Shown: positions 8,023-16,163 of the stretch, in pieces
Position numbering within the stretch: position 1 is the stretch's first letter
Layout: every line of letters begins with the position of its first letter
Assembly (NCBI GenBank): GCA_042138025.1
Contig: JBHIUZ010000002.1
Span: forward strand, 3,195 to 67,194
Length of the DNA: 64,000 bases
Direction of reading: 5' to 3'
DNA from: Nitrosopumilaceae archaeon
GTDB lineage: Archaea; Thermoproteota; Nitrososphaeria; Nitrososphaerales; Nitrosopumilaceae
Translations under genes and position numbers: made by a program
Notes under the pieces: generated by a model
The model's input: only the letters and a program-made list of their open reading frames with translations
Told to the model about the DNA's origin: nothing
Database searches by the model: none

Positions 8023-9873
8023 GTGCGTATCCTTCAATTGCATTGTAGCAGTTTAGAATATACCCCTACAAAAAAGGAGATTAAATCAGCTGAAGAAATT
8101 ACGCCTGAAACAAAAAACTTTGAAGAAACAGTTGTTGCTTTTATTTCAGTAGAAAATGGAGATGATAAAACTGTTGCAAAAAAAGCCATTGATGAAATAA
8201 AAGAATCAATGAGTAAAATAGGCTGTAAAAAATTATTACTATATCCATATGCTCATCTTAGCTCTAATCTTGCATCGCCAAATTCTGCATTAAGTGTTTT
8301 AAAAGAAATGGAATCTTTAGCAACTAATCTTGAAGTCTCTAGAGCTCCTTTTGGATGGACAAAAACTTACAAACTAGATGTAAAAGGTCATCCTCTAGCT
8401 GAAACATCTAAAATTATTACAAAAAGTGAAAAAGCAGATGACACATCTGAGGCAGTAAAATCTGAATCCAAAATAAAATCATATTGGTATATTATGACCA
8501 CTGAGGGAACCATGCATGAAGTTGAAAAATTTAATTTTTCTAAATATCCCAACCTTGAAATTTTGACAAAATACGAAGCAGCTAAGAAAAGATCTGTCGA
8601 TGAACCTCCTCCACATGTACGATTAATGAAAAAAATGGCAATTGCAGATTATGAACCAGCGTCGGACTCTGGGAACATGAGGTTTTATCCTAATGGTAGA
8701 TTGATTAAATCTTTAATTGAAAGATATGTTACTGAAAGTGTTTCAGATTATGGAGGTTTGGAAGTTGAGACTCCAATAATGTATGATTCGCATCATCCAA
8801 GTCTTGAAAGTTATTTTAATCGTTTTCCTGCACGACAGTATAGCATTGATTCTGATGGAAAACAGCTAATCTTAAGATTTGCTGCATGTTTTGGCCAATT
8901 TTTAATGGCTAATGATTTTCAAATATCTTATAGAAGTTTACCTCTCAAACTTTATGAAATGACGCGATACAGTTTTCGCCGGGAACAATCTGGAGAATTA
9001 GTGGGACTACGTAGATTACGTGCTTTTACAATGCCTGATTGTCACGCATTTTGTGCGGATATGAATCAAGCCATAAATGAATTTCAAAAAAGATTTGATT
9101 TATCTCGTAATGTGATTCGTGGTTTAGGCTTGGAAGAATCTGATTTTGAAATGGCAATTCGATTTACTGAGGAATTTTACAATCAAAATAAACAACTTGT
9201 TCATGACACTGTTAAAAAAATTGGTAAACCCGTTCTAGTAGAAATGTGGAAAGAAAAATTCTTTTATTTTGTACTAAAATGGGAGTTTAATTACATCGAT
9301 AACTTAGGTAAGGCATCAGCATTATCTACTGATCAAATAGATGTGGAAAATGGAAAAAGATACAACATTGAATTTTTTGATGAGCAAAATAAACCGCATC
9401 ATCCAATAATTTTACATAATTCTCCAAGCGGTGCGATAGAACGGGTCATCTACGCTCTCCTTGAAAAAGCCGCTAAAGATTCTAAAGAAGGACGCAAACC
9501 TCATCTTCCATTATGGTTATCCCCCACCCAAGTACGATTAATTCCAATAAAACCTGAATTTTTAAAATTCTGTGAAAACTTGGCTGATAAAATTACCGAA
9601 CATAAAATTAGAATTGATATTGATGAAAGAAATGAAAGTATAGGAAAAAGAATTCGTGAAGCAGAAACTGAGTGGATTCGATATATTTTAGTTATTGGAG
9701 AAAAAGAAGTTAATGCTAATGAACTCAACGTCAGAGACAGAGAAACTGGAGAAGTAAAACAAATAACCCTTGATAATTTTGTGAAAAGCATTCGTGATCA
9801 AATAAAGGATAAACCATTTTCAAATCTTAATTCAAATCGATTTGTTTCTATCAGGCCACAAATAATGGTCTAG
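8023..9873 (+). CDS. thrS: Threonyl-tRNA synthetase, archaeal type with N-terminal editing domain
   Basis: 616 aa, GTG start. N-terminus MRILQLHCSSLEYTP matches the archaeal ThrRS editing domain. Class II core (FRREQSGELVGLRRLRAFTMPDCH) plus anticodon-binding domain. Confidence 0.95.
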   Translation: MRILQLHCSSLEYTPTKKEIKSAEEITPETKNFEETVVAFISVENGDDKTVAKKAIDEIKESMSKIGCKKLLLYPYAHLSSNLASPNSALSVLKEMESLATNLEVSRAPFGWTKTYKLDVKGHPLAETSKIITKSEKADDTSEAVKSESKIKSYWYIMTTEGTMHEVEKFNFSKYPNLEILTKYEAAKKRSVDEPPPHVRLMKKMAIADYEPASDSGNMRFYPNGRLIKSLIERYVTESVSDYGGLEVETPIMYDSHHPSLESYFNRFPARQYSIDSDGKQLILRFAACFGQFLMANDFQISYRSLPLKLYEMTRYSFRREQSGELVGLRRLRAFTMPDCHAFCADMNQAINEFQKRFDLSRNVIRGLGLEESDFEMAIRFTEEFYNQNKQLVHDTVKKIGKPVLVEMWKEKFFYFVLKWEFNYIDNLGKASALSTDQIDVENGKRYNIEFFDEQNKPHHPIILHNSPSGAIERVIYALLEKAAKDSKEGRKPHLPLWLSPTQVRLIPIKPEFLKFCENLADKITEHKIRIDIDERNESIGKRIREAETEWIRYILVIGEKEVNANELNVRDRETGEVKQITLDNFVKSIRDQIKDKPFSNLNSNRFVSIRPQIMV

Positions 9874-9949
9874 CCTTTCTTTTAGGTGCGTTCAATTCAA
9901 ACAAACTAATGTAGAAATTCATTTAGATTTTATTTAAATCAGAAATTCA

Positions 9950-10420
9950 ATGGGAATGAAAATTTTGGTAGCTGAGGACAGTCCGTCTGTTGCCTTAGTA
10001 TACAAAAAAACATTGGAAAAAAGAGGCCATATGGTAATAATAACAGAAAATGGGTTAAAGTGTCTTTATCAGTATACGGACGATTATAAAATTCGAGGAG
10101 ATGATAAAACAAAAACATCTCTTTATGACCTGGTAATTTTAGATCATAAAATGCCTAGAATGGAGGGCACTGACGTTGCAAAGGAGATAATTGAGATGAA
10201 TCCTAAACAAAGAATTCTCTTTGTTACTGGTCATGTTAAAGACATGATGAAGGGAGTTCGCAAAATTGGTGAAAAAATAGAGTTAATGCAAAAACCTTTT
10301 CCAGTAAAAGCCATGATTCGTCAAGTAGAAAATGCCAACTTGGCATGGAAGAAAAAAATGAAAAAGAAGACTGCTATGGAAACATGGGATGGTGAAGGAC
10401 TATCAGAAGCACTTCAATAA
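9950..10420 (+). CDS. Stand-alone response-regulator receiver
   Basis: ILVAEDS, VILDHKMPRMEG, FVTGH and QKPF signatures. Confidence 0.85.
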   Translation: MGMKILVAEDSPSVALVYKKTLEKRGHMVIITENGLKCLYQYTDDYKIRGDDKTKTSLYDLVILDHKMPRMEGTDVAKEIIEMNPKQRILFVTGHVKDMMKGVRKIGEKIELMQKPFPVKAMIRQVENANLAWKKKMKKKTAMETWDGEGLSEALQ

Positions 10421-10474
10421 TGAAACAACTTTGAATTTATTATAGGGTTATTTTCATTATATCTTGATTTAGTT

Positions 10475-11344
10475 ATGAGCTTTCTTGACTTGTATATGAA
10501 CAAGAATCCTCTAATAACTAGTCCTAATGAAAATGGAGATTCTTCAACCATTGTATATGGTATCCCTTTTGATTCAACTCATTCCTATAGACCAGGTACA
10601 AGATTTGGTCCAGATGCAATAAGAGAGGCATTTAATAATATTGAAATTTTTATGCATGAATTTTCAGTAGATCTCGAGACAGTTAACATCGAAGATTTGG
10701 GAAACACAAAGCATACTGTAGTTGCACAAGAAATGTTAGACATGGTTTCAAAAATCACTGGTGAGTTAATAAAAAAAAGAAAACAAATTATCACTTTAGG
10801 AGGAGAGCATCTTATTACTTTGGGCACTTATCCTAATTTCCCAAAAGAAACAGGTTACATTGTTTTTGATGCACATTATGATCTTCGTGATGAATATGCA
10901 GACATTAAACTAAGTCATGCTGCTTATCTAAGACGTATAATTGAGAAGCAAGGAGCTGATAAAATTATTCATGTTGGTGCAAGATCTTTTGTTAAAGAAG
11001 AACTTGCATTCAAAGAAGAACATAAAATAAAGACTATTTCTGATTCTGATATTAGACTGGGAAAAGCTCCAAAATTAGTAAAGGATGCAGTTTCAGTATT
11101 TGACAAGTTGTATGTTAGTATTGATTTAGATGTACTAGATCCTGCTTTTGCTCCAGGTGTTGGAAACCCTGAAGCAGTTGGCATTACTTCAAGAGAGCTA
11201 TATTCGATGATAAGCTCATTAAATGAACTAGATGTTGTAGGCGCTGATATTGTTGAGCTATGTCCAACTTTTGATAATGGAGCAACATCCTCTATGGCTG
11301 CAAGATTAATGTCTGCTTTAATTGCTATGAATTTGAAGAAATAG
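10475..11344 (+). CDS. speB: Agmatinase (arginase/ureohydrolase family)
   Basis: GGEH, FDAHYDLRD, SIDLDVLDPAFAPG and GADIVE are the Mn-binding motifs. Confidence 0.85.
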   Translation: MSFLDLYMNKNPLITSPNENGDSSTIVYGIPFDSTHSYRPGTRFGPDAIREAFNNIEIFMHEFSVDLETVNIEDLGNTKHTVVAQEMLDMVSKITGELIKKRKQIITLGGEHLITLGTYPNFPKETGYIVFDAHYDLRDEYADIKLSHAAYLRRIIEKQGADKIIHVGARSFVKEELAFKEEHKIKTISDSDIRLGKAPKLVKDAVSVFDKLYVSIDLDVLDPAFAPGVGNPEAVGITSRELYSMISSLNELDVVGADIVELCPTFDNGATSSMAARLMSALIAMNLKK

Positions 11345-11616
11345 CCCTTTTTTGAATTTCTACAGTTTCTGTCGAATCAGTTAGAAAAGATTTGATAAAT
11401 GCGGCTTCTGGATTTTTTGGAACTTTGCCATTATTGTATTTTTTTTGGTTTTCCAAAACCATTTGATTATACATGTGTGTAGTGATGACCATGTATATTT
11501 TTTTGAGTATTTTGATATAGGATGTTGTATGTTTAAAAAAAACAACAAGCATGGACAATTGGAGAAAGTATATTTTACATGAAGAATTTTTTATATATCA
11601 TAATTAGGAGAAACAC

Positions 11617-12186
11617 GTGTTAAACAATCTTAGAGATTCATTAAAACCGTATTTGGAAAAAATAGGTAAAGGATTTGCATCAACTGGTCTTTCACCAACT
11701 TTTTGGACTAGCATAGCAATTGTTTTTGCATTTGCTTCAGCAATTGTTTATGGATTAAATTTTGACTTTGCATTAATTTTTGGAGGTATCCTTTTACTAG
11801 TTTCTGGATTTTTTGATATGGTTGATGGCCAAGTAGCCAGAATTACTAATAAGACTTCAAAACAGGGGGCATTCCTTGATTCTAATTTTGATAAAATTGC
11901 TGAAGTTGCAATATTTTTTGGAATTTTGGTTGGAGGTTATGTGGAACCTTATTTGGTATTTTTAGCAATTACGATTTCATTATTGGTCAGTTATGCTAGA
12001 TCTAAAGCCGAGTCCCTTGGAATCTCTCTACAAGGAATTGGTATTGGTGAGCGAGCTGAAAGATTACTTGTAATATCTATAATTGGAATGATTGGTTTTA
12101 TGGACTATGCCGTAATGATAGTAATTGTAATTGCAGGTATAACTCTAATCCAAAGAATTATCCTCACTTATAAAAAATTAGCTTAA
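11617..12186 (+). CDS. CDP-alcohol phosphatidyltransferase (archaeal lipid head-group synthase)
   Basis: DMVDGQVAR-x8-G-x3-DSNFDKIAE equals the D-G-x2-A-R-x8-G-x3-D-x3-D motif. Multi-TM protein, GTG start. Confidence 0.85.
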   Translation: MLNNLRDSLKPYLEKIGKGFASTGLSPTFWTSIAIVFAFASAIVYGLNFDFALIFGGILLLVSGFFDMVDGQVARITNKTSKQGAFLDSNFDKIAEVAIFFGILVGGYVEPYLVFLAITISLLVSYARSKAESLGISLQGIGIGERAERLLVISIIGMIGFMDYAVMIVIVIAGITLIQRIILTYKKLA

Positions 12187-12233
12187 TAATCAGTAAGATT
12201 TTCCCGCTGGAAAAATGGGATTTAACTAATTCT

Positions 12234-12253
12234 TTGTTCAAACTATTGAACAA
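12234..12253. promoter_or_regulatory. 8-bp inverted repeat TTGTTCAA-acta-TTGAACAA between the lipid synthase gene and cyclase paralog 1
   Basis: Read directly. Lies 35 nt upstream of the ATG at 12288. Could be either a terminator or an operator. Confidence 0.3.
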
Positions 12254-12287
12254 TCTCTTCTTATAGTCACCTCAAATAATTTTTGCT

Positions 12288-12953
12288 ATGGGCAGGCAAA
12301 AAGAATCTTCTACTAAAAGTGTAGATTCTGTAATCAGTAGAGTCAAACTGAATCCTAAAACCCCTCGCTATGTAGTAAATTTCTTAGAGCCCTCTCAGAG
12401 TTATTGTGTTGGTTTTGTAGATATTGTAAATTCTACTAAAATCTCTGCGACTTTGGCTCCAAAAAAACTGTCCAAATATTATGAGATATTTTTAAATTCC
12501 ATGGCTCAAATAGTTGAAAAATTTGGCGGGTTTGTAATTAAAAATATTGGAGATAGCCTATTATTTTATTTTCCAGATTCATCAAAACCATCTCAAAGTT
12601 ATGATTTTAAAAATTGCTTAGAATGTGGTTTAGCGATGATTGATGAACATAAAAACATTAACAAATTATTAAAAAACGAAAAATTACCTCCTCTAAATTA
12701 TAGAATAAGTGCCGATTATGGTGAAGTAAGTATTATGAAAACAAATGATTCTTCGAGTATAGATGTTTTTGGCACTCCTGTAAATATGTGTGCTAAAATA
12801 AATCACGCCGCGCCAAAAAATTCGATTGTTATTGGCAGTGATTTGTATAGAACAGCAAAAAAACTAGAAAGTTATAACTATCAGATGATTAGTTCGTTTT
12901 CAGCTGGATTAAAATTCATGTACCCAATTTATTCTGTTAATAGAAAAAACTAA
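12288..12953 (+). CDS. Minimal class III nucleotidyl (adenylyl) cyclase-domain protein
   Basis: FVDIVNST, KNIGDSLLFYF and IDVFGTPVNMCAKI align with class III cyclase metal-Asp, Lys/Asp specificity and Asn positions. The catalytic Arg position holds Lys. Confidence 0.65.
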   Translation: MGRQKESSTKSVDSVISRVKLNPKTPRYVVNFLEPSQSYCVGFVDIVNSTKISATLAPKKLSKYYEIFLNSMAQIVEKFGGFVIKNIGDSLLFYFPDSSKPSQSYDFKNCLECGLAMIDEHKNINKLLKNEKLPPLNYRISADYGEVSIMKTNDSSSIDVFGTPVNMCAKINHAAPKNSIVIGSDLYRTAKKLESYNYQMISSFSAGLKFMYPIYSVNRKN

Positions 12954-13237
12954 CGAAGCCTTCCACGATCTCTTCTTTTTGATTCTGATCTGATTTTTAA
13001 TATGCCAAAATGTATTGCACAAGAGATACAGTACCATTTTAAGATCCTTGGCGATGCAATATAGGCCCCTTGTGCTCTTAGCTCTTTTGCAAGTGTATGT
13101 TCAACTAAATTTAATCTCGAAGTTACCTTTTTTGCTTTATCTCTTGGTACAGTTGCACCACAATTTGTGCATTGTATTCTATCTGAAGATCCTTTGCCCC
13201 CCTTTCTTCGACCACGACTAGCTCGCTTTAATGGCAT
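12950..13237 (-). CDS. rps26e: 30S ribosomal protein S26e
   Basis: MPLKRASRGRRKGGKG...IQCTNCGATVPRDKAKK...CISCAIH is the characteristic S26e basic N-terminus and Cys pattern. Confidence 0.85.
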   Translation of the reverse strand: MPLKRASRGRRKGGKGSSDRIQCTNCGATVPRDKAKKVTSRLNLVEHTLAKELRAQGAYIASPRILKWYCISCAIHFGILKIRSESKRRDRGRLR

Positions 13238-13485
13238 GATAATACATTTTCTTTCTTCCTAATATGCTCTTGTGTTGTCGCTGATAATTTCTACGTGAGT
13301 TTTTTATTAAAAAACAACTAATTAGATTAAGACAGGAACGTGAGGAACAAAAGTTCTTCAAAATACTGTCTGAACCGACCATGCCCTTTGGTAGAAGTAA
13401 TTTTGAGGAATTTACCTCAAAATACTCTATCACTCATCTCAATTTTTTGTAAAAAAAATTTAAACCATGTTTTACAATAAAGAAT

Positions 13486-13590
13486 ATGAAAGGACTTTGC
13501 CATTCTTGTCTAACTTCTAATGTGGAGCTAGTGCTGGTTAAAGGTAAAATCCTCTGCATTCAATGTCATGAACAAATAAAAGAAAAGTAA
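13486..13590 (+). CDS. Candidate 34-aa zinc-ribbon peptide (below the ORF-track cutoff)
   Basis: Own translation: MKGLCHSCLTSNVELVLVKGKILCIQCHEQIKEK (CxxC-x16-CxxC). Lies in an otherwise empty 380-bp gap upstream of the PfkB kinase. Confidence 0.3.
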   Translation: MKGLCHSCLTSNVELVLVKGKILCIQCHEQIKEK

Positions 13591-13617
13591 TTATCGTCAA
13601 AAAATTTGTTATAAGAA

Positions 13618-14487
13618 ATGAATATAGCTGTATTTTCACATTGTACAATTGACACTATTGAGTTAGGGGCTTCGATAAATTCTCGTCCTGGAGGACCTGC
13701 TTGTTATTGTGGTTTTACAATTAAAAATTTAAAATTTGATTGTAAACTTTATACCAAATTTGGAAATGATTTTCCAAAAGAAATACTTGTTAAAGAACAC
13801 ATTAATTTCGAAAATGAGTTATCTGATCAACTTACAACAAAATTCAAGATTTCAATTAGCGGTTCTGAAAGAACGCTGTACCTGTTAAATACATGTGAGC
13901 CAATCCCATATTCTTTAATTGATGCCGATGGTGTAATAATTAGTCCAGTGTACCATGAAATTAGTACTGAAGTATATGATAAAATAAAAAGTAACTCAAA
14001 TTTTATTTTTTTAGATCCACAAGGATTTCTTAGAAGAACAGATCCTCAAAAAAAAATTATTTTAGAAAAAAATGATCTCAATCTTTCAAAAATAAACGCC
14101 ATTAAAACAAGCCCTGATGAGCTTTTTTGTCTTACAAATAATACTGGAATAGATGCAATGAAAAATCTTCAAAATAAAGGAGTTGAACATGTTATTGTCA
14201 CAGATAAAAGAGAAATCTCAATGCTCGTTAAAGATAAGCTTTATTCAATTACTTTACCTAAATTAGAATTGTTTGATACAACTGGAATAGGAGACATTTT
14301 TTGTTCAACATTTTGTTGTACAATGTTAAAAGAAAAAGATTTTTTTTGGGCATTATGTTTTGCAGGGGGTTCTGCGCAAGCTGCTATTGAATCCAAACAA
14401 TTTGGTTTAGATAAAATTCCTAGAAAAGGAGCCATTGAGACTAATGCTGCCTATTTTTATAATCAGGTAAAATTCAAACAGGTCTAA
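13618..14487 (+). CDS. PfkB-family carbohydrate/nucleoside kinase
   Basis: DTTGIGDIF (PfkB signature 2) and N-terminal GGPA motif. Confidence 0.8.
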   Translation: MNIAVFSHCTIDTIELGASINSRPGGPACYCGFTIKNLKFDCKLYTKFGNDFPKEILVKEHINFENELSDQLTTKFKISISGSERTLYLLNTCEPIPYSLIDADGVIISPVYHEISTEVYDKIKSNSNFIFLDPQGFLRRTDPQKKIILEKNDLNLSKINAIKTSPDELFCLTNNTGIDAMKNLQNKGVEHVIVTDKREISMLVKDKLYSITLPKLELFDTTGIGDIFCSTFCCTMLKEKDFFWALCFAGGSAQAAIESKQFGLDKIPRKGAIETNAAYFYNQVKFKQV

Positions 14488-14518
14488 TTTTTATTGTACT
14501 AGAGATTGTAATTGTTTT

Positions 14519-15517
14519 GTGAAAATTGGAATCTTTGATGCTGGTGTTAATGGAACAACTGTTAAATCCATTAAACGCCAACTAGATATTTTAGGAATTG
14601 CTTCTTTTAGTGTTAGTCCTAGCACAAAATCAAAAACTGCTGATTGTATAATTGTTTTAGGCGGCGATAGAGGAGTTAGAAATTACTTTCATAGTAATTA
14701 TGATTCAGGTGTACCTGTGTTAGGAATAAGTGAATCTGAATCAAGTGGATTTTTAGCACAAATTGATCTAAAAGAATTTTCGTCATATGTTAATCGATTA
14801 AAAACTAAAAAATACAAAATTGAAGAGGTCCCAAGAATTGGAGTAAAAATAGACGGAAAAAACATGTACCCCGTCCTAAATGACGTTGCAGTATTTACTT
14901 CAAAGAGTGCAACATTAATGGAATATACATTGAGAGTCAACGAAGAAGAAGTCTGGCATGATAGCAGTGACGGTGTGATCATATCTACCCCAATTGGTTC
15001 ATCAGCATATTCAATGTCTGCTGGGGGCCCTGTGATATTTCAAGAATCCCCAGTTTTTGGAATCATTTCTGTTAATTCTTTAGATGTAACTCGCCGTCCT
15101 CTGATTGTTTCTAATGAGAGTTTAATTGAAATTGACGATATTTATGCTAGATTACACTGCGAAGTGGTTTTAGATGGGATTGATAGATTCAAAGTAGATA
15201 AAATTTTAGAATGCACAAAATACACCCCTGCAAAAATAATTCGAATGAAGATGGATTCTACTGCAATTTCTGCACTTGCAAAAAAGGTTCATCTTGCTGA
15301 AGACCTCCTAAAGATGCCACCAAGCTCAAAACTATTATTAAAAATTCTTGAATATGAAGGCGCCATGACTCAAAAAGAACTTGCAACAAAAACAATGCTT
15401 CCAGATAGAACTGTACGACTGGCATTGAGCCATCTTTTAAGCAAAGGCCATGTTAAGAAAAAAGTATCCATAAGGGACGCTAGACAAAAAATCTATGAGA
15501 TTTCCAAATTAGATTAA
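14519..15517 (+). CDS. nadK: NAD kinase fused to a C-terminal winged-helix DNA-binding domain
   Basis: GGDRG (GGDG motif) and STPIGSSAYSMSAGGP mark the NAD kinase. The last ~70 aa (LKILEYEGAMTQKELATKTMLPDRTVRLALSHLLSKGHVKKK) look like a MarR/ArsR-type wHTH. GTG start. Confidence 0.85.
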   Translation: MKIGIFDAGVNGTTVKSIKRQLDILGIASFSVSPSTKSKTADCIIVLGGDRGVRNYFHSNYDSGVPVLGISESESSGFLAQIDLKEFSSYVNRLKTKKYKIEEVPRIGVKIDGKNMYPVLNDVAVFTSKSATLMEYTLRVNEEEVWHDSSDGVIISTPIGSSAYSMSAGGPVIFQESPVFGIISVNSLDVTRRPLIVSNESLIEIDDIYARLHCEVVLDGIDRFKVDKILECTKYTPAKIIRMKMDSTAISALAKKVHLAEDLLKMPPSSKLLLKILEYEGAMTQKELATKTMLPDRTVRLALSHLLSKGHVKKKVSIRDARQKIYEISKLD

Positions 15518-15549
15518 CGAAAAAAAGTGTCCTTTTACGCGTAAATTAT

Positions 15550-16095
15550 TTAGGTTGATTCAAGGCATGATAATATTACATTTATTATAACTGCACTATC
15601 AGAATTATTGTTTTTGACAGTTACACCATAGCTTTGAATGCCATTATCCACATTTCCAGAAAATATTGTTATTGTGTCAGGGCCTTCAATTTTTCCACCT
15701 ATTATAGTCTCCCCTTCATTACAAAATAATTCATCACTAAATACACCATTTGCAGCTATCTCAACGGGAAAAGTTCTTGTTATGACATTAAATGGTCCTT
15801 GCTGTCCAATTTCATCCGTAACACAAATCACTTCTCCATTAGGGCCAAATCCTCCTACTACCTTTTGAGCTGGGCATCGCTTATCGATAATTTCATCAAT
15901 AATCATATCATGTCTTGTTACGTCTACAATCAATGATTTAATTTGTGATTTAAGTTCATCTAGTTTTTTGCTAATTTCTTGAAAGGGTTGACCCTGTGGC
16001 TCACCTTTTGCAGCATACGCTAATGTTTCTGATGTAATAGAGCCTGCAATAAACGCAGCAACTATAACAAGAATCATTACTGTTTTGCCCATCAA
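15550..16095 (-). CDS. Secreted or membrane-anchored hypothetical protein
   Basis: N-terminal hydrophobic helix, coiled-coil segment, then a Gly/Cys-containing beta-rich body. The likely true start is the ATG at 16092. Confidence 0.5.
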   Translation of the reverse strand: MMGKTVMILVIVAAFIAGSITSETLAYAAKGEPQGQPFQEISKKLDELKSQIKSLIVDVTRHDMIIDEIIDKRCPAQKVVGGFGPNGEVICVTDEIGQQGPFNVITRTFPVEIAANGVFSDELFCNEGETIIGGKIEGPDTITIFSGNVDNGIQSYGVTVKNNNSDSAVIINVILSCLEST

Positions 16096-16100
16096 ATCCT

Positions 16101-16130
16101 AGATCGCAGATCTAAATATAAGCGATCTGA
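16101..16130. promoter_or_regulatory. GATC-rich box pair flanking a TATA-like core, upstream of the 181-aa secreted-protein gene
   Basis: AGATCGCAGATCTAAATATAAGCGATCTGA. The 11-mer 16102-16112 recurs at 51790-51800. The 12-mer 16117-16128 recurs at 23734-23745. Confidence 0.5.
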
Positions 16131-16163
16131 ACTTGTAAATCTAGAGTTTTCCTTTTAGTTAGG

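Noticed and set aside
11325-11558. 77-aa minus-strand ORF in the 270-bp gap after the agmatinase gene.
   Set aside because: Unresolved rather than disproved. It overlaps the agmatinase 3' end by 20 nt, has no recognisable motif or clear promoter, and its N-terminal part is hydrophobic junk-like. It needs comparative or ribosome-profiling evidence before being called.
13401-13422. Hairpin arms TTTTGAGG/CCTCAAAA here and the same 8-mers in the opposite order at 51708-51741, as a possible shared RNA motif.
   Set aside because: An 8-mer of this AT-rich composition is expected to recur by chance in 64 kb. Loop sizes and contexts differ.
13218-13433. 71-aa minus-strand ORF upstream of and overlapping the S26e start.
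   Set aside because: Its Cys/Ser/Leu-rich composition is atypical of the real proteins here. It occupies what should be the S26e promoter. No motif was recognised.
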